Positions 9,955 to 21,000 of a stretch of 64,000 nucleotides of DNA are shown here, piece by piece. The first letter of the stretch is position 1, and each line of letters opens with the position of its first letter. A program made the translations under genes and the position numbers. Below the pieces are notes generated by a model that had not been told where the DNA came from, made no database searches, and was given only the letters and a program-made list of their open reading frames with translations. Source of the stretch: Yuukianura sp. NJ FZ-2021 (taxonomy: Eukaryota). The stretch covers positions 11,966,001 through 12,030,000 of the forward strand of contig CM102286.1 of the NCBI GenBank assembly GCA_046563655.1, given 5' to 3'.

Positions 9955-10610
9955 ACCTCGGTTTCAACAACCTCCTACCTTGACACAATGACCTCCACAG
10001 TTCACAGGTTATGCTAACTAGAAAGCTAATTAATGGCAGGTCGTTGCTTTTTTTGCATTGGCAAAAGAAACTTGTACTTTGTTCAACTTCGATGCAAAAC
10101 GAACATCCCTGGTCAATTTCTTTGTAATGTGGATGTATAGTACTAACATTTCTGATCAGTTTTTATGCAAGTTAGTCAAGTTTTTGCACAATATAAGCAT
10201 AGAAAATTTCGAAATTGAGAATTCTCCCAAACACCCTCTTCGTAAAGTTCCGTTGTTGCTAACAATCTGTGTACATTATTGCTAACATTTGGTAACAAGG
10301 AAGCTAAGCAACTTACTTAAATATTTAGCAGCGCTAGGTTTAGGCAAATCCGCAAATCCCTATGCTATTTTTTTTTACTAAAGCCCACTGCGGTTAACTT
10401 ACATGCTTTTAATCAAAATCAGTATTTATAGGCGTTTCGTTTTGTTTACTATCCTAAGCCCAGTGATAGTCAAATAAAACGTATGATGTTTAACAAGTCA
10501 AAAGTATTGGAATGTTGCTGACTTCTTTTCGGTAGGTGTGATGTTCATTCACCGATTAGGAAGATGTTGCGTGGTGTTGTCGATGTAGAGATACGTAACA
10601 ATCTTAACGA

Positions 10611-11405
10611 TTATCCAGCCCTCGGTATTGTTATGTGAAACCTGCAAGATGGCATTGTGACGATTTCGGCTATGACGACCGACGGAATTCCGAGATTCGC
10701 TAAGGCTCCCCGAATTACTCCACAAGTATATGAAAGAAACTGAAAATTAGAGAACAATGAGTACTTTTTCACAGACACTGAGATTATCAATCGATTTCAA
10801 ATCGTGCGAAAATCGGGCCGGACTTACCCTAGGTCCGTGTTCCAAATATTGTTTCGTTGCTGAGATTTTGGACAAGAATTTAAAACTGTTATCTTGTAGG
10901 ACATAGGTTCCTTGATGATTCGTCCTAAGATTGTCTATTTGCTTTTTGTAAACAGCTACCCAAAAGTCCTTGCATATAAACTTTATCGTATCTAGTTCAT
11001 CCTTGAATCGTGGCGAATCTCTCAGCAATCTAAAAAAAATAAGCAACGGGACATGTGACGGCTTTACAAAGTACAAAAGCAAAACAATGAAGTTTCCGGA
11101 GCTTTCATTACACCGGCAAAATCATACCGTTCAATTAGACGATATCCAGTATTGAATCCTACAAATTCGAGCTTTGAAAGTAGTTCGTTCTGGAATAAGC
11201 AAAGAATTGTAATATGTAATAATACAACGACGAACTTGACATATGACTTGTACTGGACAAAATCTAGCACTCAGTAACCACTTACAGTATCTCCCTCCGT
11301 TGACAGTAGAATTCCGCTACATACCAATTCCCCATGCAACAGTTCTAGCGGTAATTCCTCCATTGAAACCACGCTGCTCGTACTACTGACATTGACGTTT
11401 GTCAT
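10611..11405 (-). CDS. TRAPPC6B: Trafficking protein particle complex subunit 6 (Trs33/TRAPPC6)
   Basis: Exons 11405-11286, 11189-11128, 11029-10828 and 10739-10611. Motifs LLHGELV, LEFVGFNTGYRLIER, FKDELDTIKFICKDFW, QIDNLRTNHQGTYVLQDNSF, CGVIRGALANLGI. Confidence 0.95.
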
Positions 11406-11798
11406 ATTTTTAAAGCGGTTGCGATCACTTCGGTCGCTGTCTGTCACTAAACGTCCTCAGGAATTCGGGTAGGATTCTGTAAATATATGAAAAAAAAATT
11501 GTTATGTCAATCGATCTTGTAATGTTAGTACTGGAAGCATTTTACCTTTACCTGGATGTGCTGCGAAACCTAAAACGTCGTTGCGCGTAAATCTTAAATT
11601 AGCCAAATTTAAATACTAAAGTTTAATTAAAAGTTTTAGTTAAGGTTTTTCAGACACACTTGTTTCCAAATCCAAACTTTGTCGAATTCAAAAATTTAGC
11701 GAATGATGTTTATCTTGTTTTGTTTACAAAAACTAGTTTGGATGAAGTACGGCAAGCTAACAGAATTTGTAACCAACAACTGGGTAAAGCGATTGCTG

Positions 11799-11894
11799 AA
11801 TTCTCTGTAGACCTCACACCCGCACTACAGTAAGTGAAGACATTATAATTCTCTGTAGACCTCACACCCGCACTACAGTAAGTGAAGACATTAT
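11799..11894. repeat. Perfect 48-bp tandem duplication
   Basis: AATTCTCTGTAGACCTCACACCCGCACTACAGTAAGTGAAGACATTAT x2 (11799-11846, 11847-11894). Confidence 0.95.
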
Positions 11895-14800
11895 CGTTAA
11901 CAGAGCTAGCGCTATATTTACGTTTGATTTTATTGTGTAGCCACTACGTGTTAGTAATCACTCGGTGTTGGCATTTAAGGAAGTACGGAATCTATAATAG
12001 TGGTTTTACATCTGGTGGATACATCGGTTGTAGTGTCTGCGTATTCTACTATGCTGCTCTTACATGTTTTTGTGTAATTCAAATTCTCCCGCTGAGTGCA
12101 TTCTTTGTAAAAACTCAACAAGAATTTCAGATAACGACATCCTACAGATGGCGAAGGAAATTGCCACCTTATCTGTATGAATTGAAAATAAAAAATATTC
12201 GGTGTAAATCCAAATTATACCAAAGGTTTTACACATTTAAATTACTCTATTTCGTTAAATCATGGCAAAACATTTAGATTTCCAACTTCCTGGTTAAAAG
12301 TGTTGGAAAACAGCTAAAATTCCGATTTTAATTTGTGTGAGCACAGGTACTGCACACGTCAAGCTTTTTTTTTTACATAAGAGCATGAAAATGCCATGCT
12401 GGGAGTATAATAAATTGTTGTGCATTAATTATGTTATGTGATGTAGTTTTGATTAATCAGAAGGAGGCGTAAACTGTCAGTCTCCTGCTGCCTAAATAAA
12501 CAAATGATCAACAAGATGCTCTGTGAGTCATGAAACTTAACTGACAGTTCAACTAGAAATCCAAGGAAGGTGGGGAAGTTCAACGCAATTTGAAATCATG
12601 AAGATGTAGGAATGAGGGTACTTCACTTTGGCGGTAAATACGAACTAACAGATCAAGTATTTCATGTGGGTGGAAAAGTTCACGGTATGTAGGGGTCATT
12701 CGCATTTCCTAATTCAAGGGTAGATTTTTAAAAGGTCACGGTTTCCAAACAATTTTAATGTGTAATTTCAATTTGTGACTCAGGATTTCCAAAAACAGCA
12801 CTCAAGATGATTCGCATAAAAGAAACCGATACTGTCGATTTCAATCATCGTAAAATTTTTATGTTGCCTCATTAGAATACTTTTTTTTTCGCGTTTTTTT
12901 TAACCTGAGAGATGCTAAAAGAAGTTTTACGAGTGTCCTGGACCTTGGCAAAATATTTTGAAAGAAAGCGAAAACATAGACGGTACTTTATCACAAAAAA
13001 AATTATTTTTTGTGTAGAACGCTTCAAAACGATTACGGCTTGAAAAAACTGTAATTAAATCAATTAGTTTAAACATTTTCGTTTATAAATTTCAAACCGT
13101 AGTTAAAATAGTGAAGCGGTTGCTTCATGAGGAAACTTTCAGAAAGTTTCGAAGAAGATGCCCCTGCTGTCCCATAAAGAATAGACAAAATTTTCGACAA
13201 GAAGCTAAATGTTTTCTTTTTAAATTAAAAACACGTTTTTCATAATTTTCTTCTTGGTCCCCAGAAAACGAATTTTGAAACGTAAATCATTTCTGGGTTT
13301 TCAAATTTGCATAAAGTAGACATTTAGTGGCGGTTTTCCTTTCTTCAAGGATTGAAAAATTCTTCTCCAGCTGGGGCAAAAGTTCATCTATATTTTGCTT
13401 AAGAAATGGAAAAATTCAGTCTTAAAATTAATTTAGGAAAAACCGAAAATAGTTGCATTGTAAAAATTATAAATTTTGGTTCATTTTTTCACAGGTTTTG
13501 TTTTTTGGCTCAATATGGTCATTGTATCAAATCTGTATAACTGTTGATGTTGGGTCAAGCAACACCGTTATTTCCGAGAATAGAGGTCACATAAAATGCT
13601 TCAGAACCATTAAAAAGTGTCCAAGGTACTCACAACATTGATTAACGAGTTCACCAACTAAAGGTACACTTTACTAATCTATGCTAATTTTTAAGTGTTT
13701 TTCGGAATTTCCAATTAGCTTTAAAGGACCAAGGCCCCGAAACCTTGGATTCCTTGGAGGCGTGGCGTCCATTAAAGTCACCTAAACCTAAAGTATGATT
13801 CACAGTTTAACTTTCAAAGTGCAAGTCAAAGTTGGATCTTCGCATCTCCAAAAGAAGTTCTGGACCTGGTGCTGGACGTTTCCTCAAGGCAAGTTGGATT
13901 CCTTCTAATTTAACAGTCCAATGAACCTCAAAACCTGTAGTAGGAGGTTGACATTGCACTGTAGTTGCTGTAATTGATGATATTTTGGTATTTACTAAGG
14001 AAGCATCCATCATTTGATTGGGCGTTTTATTGTTCTTACTCACCTGTCAAACAATCGGTATTGATGAGGATGATGCCCTAGTACGTACAAATTCCACGAA
14101 GATGTTGGATAGGTTCCCATACTGTCACTTTATCTGGATCTTTGTGCAAAAAGGAGACGCTGGGGATTGGTGGAAGTCATCTTCGGTTAGGTCTTACTAT
14201 ATTTCCTTAAGGGTTGTATGCAGTACTCTCCGAACTTCCCATTGTTACAATCTGCTTTTACTCTCAACGCGTCTTCTGCGACTTTTTCTTTCATGAAACC
14301 AGATTCTAAACGCAGCTTAAAAAGTCCAACGACTTGACCACTCCTGAACCAGTTGAACCCCGAAAACCAAGCCTTCCAAGTCCAAACGACTATTGCTTGG
14401 GACACATTTTGAAAAGAAAATTGAAAATTCAGTTGGACCAGAAAAAATAACTTTTGAAATTTTTAATTTCAAAATTTTTCACCAGTTTGTAATTCTTTAT
14501 TTTTTTTATTTTGGAGTTCAAGAAATTATAAATAATCAATTGTTCTCGTTCAACATCAATCGAGATCACAATTGTTGGTCCAATCGCTGTAAGTTTTCTG
14601 GTAATTTTTGTTTTTGTGTTTTGTATTTTTCTGAATTTTTGGAAATTTACCTTTTCTTTTTTCTTTTTTTCTTTTTTTTTTTTGATAAAAAAAAGTTGGT
14701 AGCTTTGCATGCATGACATTGACATTGCTACTTGAAAAGCAATTACTACGATGATGTACTTAAGATTAAAAATTTATAATTTTAACGAGTAAAAAATTGG

Positions 14801-15231
14801 TTTTGTTTTGCCAAAAAATTTTTGAAAATAGTTAATTGAGTTTTAGCATGACGGGTTTGTAGATAGGATGAATTTTGTTGATGGTCTTGACAGCGCTGAT
14901 TAATTTTTCCATTTTTGGTTCATTACTGTTTTGGAAGGTAGAAGTTACCGAAGAAGTTCCTGACAGGAACACTTCCACTAAAGTATGTAATTGTTGCATA
15001 ATTCAACAGATCACCAATTTCCAGTCAAGAAGCTTTGAACAACAATCCTAGGAAGAAACGAAGTTCATCTTCACATCATTGTCACAAAAGCCAATGCTAG
15101 TCTATGTCCTGACGAGTTGAAATTTTCATTCAACAATTTCTACTGCAAGACCTTGCTTGTAGCGTCAGTTGCTTAAATTGCGGTAAGTTAAAATTTTATT
15201 CTGAAAATTTTACTTTGAAAACTCAATTTCG

Positions 15232-15290
15232 AATAGGTTAATTCCTATTAATAGGTTAATAGGTTCCTATTAATAGGTAATTAATAGGTT
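15232..15290. repeat. Low-complexity (AATAGGTT)-type repeat with internal inversions
   Basis: AATAGGT repeated five times, interleaved with its complement CCTATT. Confidence 0.7.
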
Positions 15291-17587
15291 AGTATTAGTC
15301 AGTCGGAATGTGAGGCACAGAACGGATGGGATGGATTTAACTATGAAGTAACTCATTAGTATTTTGCTAAAGAAGTTCAAAAATTTTTGAATGGCGTGTT
15401 AGTGTTAAGATGATTCACGAGGTTGGATTGGCGGATGTTTTGAAATTGAAATTGAGGAGAATACGGTAATGACTAAATGACTGATAGAAATAATTTTCCA
15501 ATTTTCGAGTATATTAGAAATTGTAATGAAAACTACTATGAAAAGAAGAGAAAATGACTGGTTTGGTCCCTACTTTACAAATAATCCACTTCCACTCAAA
15601 ACATTATTCTGCCCTGTGAGTTTTGGGTTTCAGTAAAACGTCAAAAGTCAACAAAACAAACAATCGATTTTTTTGACAAACAGATAAAGTGCAACCACTT
15701 TTTTGGTTGAATTGCAACTTCATTGTAGGGTTACATTTCAATTCAACTGCATTTTCCGTTAATGGAATTTCTACGTTTGTTACTAAAATCAACGAAACGG
15801 GATTCCTTTGCGACGTGCAGTCCCGTTCAAATTTTTACCAAAAAAATGACTCATTGTCACTAGCGTTTTATTTTTTAACATAGAAAAAATTGTTAAAATT
15901 GATTTTGAAATATGGAAATGTCTAAATTAAACAAAACACGTAAATTTTTTCTATCGTTTGTTCAAAAAATTTTTTTTTAATGTCGGAGCTTGCAATATCT
16001 AAACAAAATTCAAAAACTTCTTTTTCAACAAAAAACTTTTGGTCTATGAATTAGAGACAAGATGTACTTGCGGTCTGGAATTTGGGAGCATTGCCAGCGT
16101 TTCTTAATTTTCGGCTGAATCAAATGAGTCATCTTCTCCATTTCGAAGGTGTGAATTTTAGATTTTGAATTGCCACTTTAAATACAAAAGAGAACAAAAG
16201 CCGTGGAATTTTTTAATGAAAATTGTGCTGACTAATGAAAATACAATTTTTTCTTGGAGATCAAGTAACTTCGACCGCACAATGTTTCAGATCGTAAGCT
16301 TGGTCAGTTCCTGCTTTTGTAACATCTTGAGGGGAACAATAGACGTTGATTAAGAGGAGGGTGTGGCTAGGTTGAATGGACATTCCCTGTTTCTCCCTGG
16401 GAAACTGGCAGGCACCATTAATCGTTCGATTAACCCGTTTATGCACTCCGCGTAACCTAACAAACTATGTACACCCTAACAAATTATGTGTAGTACGTGC
16501 ACTACGAGACAGCAATACTAACGTTATGTCCGACCAGTTTTTTGATCAATCCATTATACCCGGTTGAAATTTGAAATTAGCCGCTATAAAACTTGTGTGT
16601 GTTGCGAAAATTATGATTTGGCAACATCTTCATAATTAAACTCACCAACAACATCGTTTCCCGTCTAATTTGCAATTCAGACTGAACTTCACGACATAAC
16701 CCGTTTTTGTTTTTTTCGAAATTCAAATTGTCCCGCCTGGTTGTTGAGGTGCCGCAAAGTCACTGAACTTTTGAAAAGAATTGCGAAAATTTTGCACTTT
16801 TTTGTACAATGCAAATTTCTACGTATAAATATGTGCTTTGTAAACAGATCAAGATTTCAAAGATAAGAATTTCTTTTATTGTGTAAAGCTGAACTCGATT
16901 GATGTTGGGAGCCAAAGCGCACGTAAAATCAAGATAAAAGTCATTAAACCTATACTGGACACTTCAAAATTGTGAAGGGACTTGAACATTGACACTTCAA
17001 AAATATTTCACACTTAAGCATTGGCACTTGAAAAAAAATTGCACTTGATTCGCACTTGAAAAGTTAGACTTGCGATGAGTCAGATTGAAAGTGACAGGAA
17101 TAAACCAGAACAATGAAGATGAAAATTGCTGATTGGTGATTGGCCGAATGAAAGCAAATTAGCAAAATCTTTTCATCTTTTACTAGATCAATTTGTTATA
17201 CAATTTGTATGCGTTTTTACAAATTCGCACACCGTTCAAGGCTAGCAAGTGCATTTGAAAAATGTTGTTTTTGTTGTTTTGTTTTTTCACATAAAATTTT
17301 ATTTAAAACTTGTTTTCTTACACCTTATAGTAAATTAGCTTTCTATTGTTTTCGTCTTCCTTTTATACCTTTTTTGATGAGATCAAAGTCAAGTTCAAGT
17401 TCCTTTTTAGACGTGAAGGCTGAAAGTCTCACGCAGTTTTTGATATGACAGAGACTCGCATTCTAATTTGAAATTTTTGAAAAATTGTAATCATAAGTTC
17501 ACAACTTTGCGCTGTGGGAGAAATGTCAAATGGTTGATGACTTGCAGGTTGTTGGTTGTTTCATGTAACAATATTTTGTAATTGAGA

Positions 17588-17600
17588 AGGTCATTGACCT
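17588..17600. promoter_or_regulatory. Perfect palindromic IR1 ecdysone response element
   Basis: AGGTCA-T-TGACCT, 450 nt upstream of the chitinase ATG; matches the canonical EcR/USP IR1 site. Confidence 0.6.
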
Positions 17601-18050
17601 CCAGCAAAGGACAGCGACACTAAGGATGACAATTGGTGACTGTATCTTCTAATTTTGTCACTTCGTGATTAAAAAAGTGAAACAATAGGAAGTGGGGGTG
17701 GCAAACAATCGCATCCGATTGTCCCATGTCATCGTTCCATCGACATTTCCAAGTCAATGGAGCTTTTAATTTTGCAAGAAAACAATTGAAGTGTCCAGAA
17801 AAACAAAATTTGACAAGTTTGCACCACGTATCAATCCCGCATGGCGTCCTAAAACAATTTTAAAAGCGAATTTTGCAAAAAGCAAAAATGTACCCGGTTG
17901 TACAAACGTCATCACTTGACAATTTTGTCAAAAGTATTAAAATACAGTAAAAATAGAGATGTTTTAAAAAACAAACCAACTTTTTTTTAAATTGTTTTTC
18001 AAATCTTGTTATGAATTCAACTACATGTTAAAAAATTTTTTGTTTAGGAT

Positions 18051-21000
18051 ATGGAGAAAGTCCTTGGCTTGTTCCTTCTGATTTTTTCCTGGAAGGACCA
18101 AACGTTGGGTACCCAATTCTGGAACGCTCCGCTTGGCAGCCATGCTTACTCACCTTATCAACACCATTTTCAAGCCGAGCAGCACCAACTTCAGCCACAA
18201 CCAGCATCCAACACTGGTCTGTTTTACCAGTTTTGGTCAACGCTTGGTCAGAACAATCTCCATTTGCCAAATCCTGGTCATTTCCAGTTACATCCATTAA
18301 ATAGTCATTACTACACTCAACAACAACATCATGGACTCCAAAATTTCCACCAGCAGAACAACAACTATCAGCAAGTTGTTGGCGAGGTCAATGACCTTCA
18401 ACAGAAGAAAGATCCGCTAGAGGGAGCTGATTCTGATCACGACACGGTCGTTATTCAAAATGATGATCCCGCTATAAACCGAATTCCGACTCCAGCGACC
18501 CCACCAAATTTAAAACCTGGCAGATTGGCTTCAAATTCGAAAGTTTCAAAATTTGCCAAAACTAAATTTGAATCTCCAGCAGTTTTAGGATTTCAGAGAG
18601 GTCAAGTAGAATCGATTCCTCGGCCGTTGATTATGGGTTATGGAAATGAAGCTGTAAAGTCACAGGTTACAGGATTTGATCGAGGTCACGTCGAAAGACG
18701 ACCTGGAGGAGAATCTGCGCAAGTAAAATCAAGTGGCGACGGCGCAGACTCAGAAGAAAGTCCAGGATTCAATCGAGCAGCGGTTGAAGCACCTCCGTCG
18801 GGGGCATTGACCTATGCCAAAGCAATGCCAGACTACAAAGTGATTTGCTACTTTGCCAACTGGGCGTGGTATCGTAAAGGACTTGCGCACTACAAACCAG
18901 AAAACATTGACCCCACTCTGTGTACGCATGTCATCTACGCATTCGTGACATTCGACAAACTCACGCTGAGCTTGAAGGAAACCGATCCAGTTGTTGATGT
19001 AGAAAATCGTATGTTCGAGTTTAAAAATTTTCTAAAAATTCAGATACAAAGCAAAAAGTACAAAAAAAAAAACATTTAAATGTCATTTTTTGTCTTTTCA
19101 GAAATGATTCAACGTGTTGTGGCACTCAAAAGCAAAAATCCGAATTTGAAAATCCTGGTTGCTGTTGGTGGTTGGTCGGATTCAGAGGATGACAAATACA
19201 GCAAACTGGCCAATTCTTTGTCAAATCGCAGAATGTTTGCGCGGGAAAGTTTGAAATTTCTGCGTAAGTACAACCTGGATGGAATTTCTCTCGATTGGCA
19301 CTATCCTGTATGCTGGCAGTCTGACTGTTCCAAAGGACCACTGAGTGACAAATACGCATTCACAGAATTAGTCAAAGTAAAAACAACAAAAAATATTTAA
19401 TGTAAAAACTTCAAAATTTTGGAGTGAAAGTATGATTCAGCTCAATTTTTTTAGGATTTGCGGTCTGTCTATTCCACTGACCAACTGATAGTCGGAGCGT
19501 CACTGTCTGGTTACAAGGAAGTTATTGATACTGCGTATGACATTCCAAAACTAACGGAATATTTGGATTTCATGAACATCATGACCTATGACTATCATGG
19601 CTCGTGGGAGTCACGTACCGGTCACTTGTCACCGCTATATGAAGGTCCACCGTCCGAGGACTTGAAACCAACATACAACTCGGTAAGCATTTTCGAAAAA
19701 AAAAAGGAAATAACTTCAAATTTCAAAATTTTTAATATTTTTTTGAAAATTTTACATTAGAATTTCACAATGGAGTACTACGTTTCCAAAGGCGCTGACC
19801 GATCCAAGTTGATCATGGGCGTTCCCTTTTACGGCCAAAGTTTTACGCTTGAAAACAAATTTGATCATTCACTTGGAAGCTTAGCAGAAGGAGCTGGAAA
19901 CGCTGGAGAATACACGCAACAGGCTGGAATGCTTTCTTATTATGAGATTTGCAAAAGAGGTATTCGGTTTTCCAAAAAATATTGTTTTGACTTTCAAAAA
20001 CTTTGACCTCAGGATTTTAAAATTTCAAAATTTTAGTACGTGATTTGTCCTGGACTGTCCGGAAAGACAATTCTGGAAGCTGGGGTCCTTATGCTTACAA
20101 GGACAATCAGTGGGTGGGGTATGACGACATGGATTCTCTGCGTCGAAAAGCAAGGCATGTCACAGCAAACGGTTTTGGAGGAATGTTTGCCTTCACGCTT
20201 GATCTTGACGATTTCAATAACGAATGCTGCTCAGGAGATCAACCACTTCTGCGCACCATCAGTAAAGAACTGCTTGGAATTCCGTTCAACACGAAAAGAT
20301 CGGATTGCAAGAAACCCGGAACGGAATTGCCAGTAGTACTGCCACAACCGACTCAAAGGCCTCAGCCTCCAACGGGTAACAAAAAATTCATTTTTTAAAA
20401 AGTTACTTTTTTGTATGTTTAAAACTTTGTAAATTTAAATTAGCAGTTGGGCGTCCCACTTTACCGCCGTCGACACAGCGAGTTTGCTACTACAAGACGA
20501 AGCCACATCCGACGGATTGCAATGCCTACTACGTTTGTATTCGGGACGAAGATGTCCTCCAGCGCTGTCCATTTGCTTTGCACTGGAGCCAGAAAATGGA
20601 GACTTGTGATTGGCCAGCCACTGCTGGATGTCAGAACCAATCACCGTCCACCGCTGCTCCGATACCATGGGAACCACAAATACCCTCAACTACTGCTCCA
20701 GTTTCGGGTGACAATTCACCATGTTCTTCAGGTCAACAAAAATTTTCATTTTAGTGAGAAGATAGAAATTTTCGAAAATTGAGTTTGTTGAATTTTTTTT
20801 TTTCAATTTTAGGTGAATTTGTTGATGGTCCAGCCTGTGACACGTACTACCTCTGTTCCAACGGAATTAAAAAAGTCCAAACTTGTGGACCAGGGTTACA
20901 CTGGAACAGTCGTGAAAAGCTTTGTGATTGGCCAAGAAGAGCAAATTGTAAGATCCGGACTGAAGACAACCTTGTCCATGGTAAAAAAAAATTGAACCTA

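Noticed and set aside
13755..13795. LGDFNGRH on the minus strand, resembling a LINE APE endonuclease motif
   Set aside because: Isolated short match after a stop; no other convincing endonuclease or RT motifs nearby.
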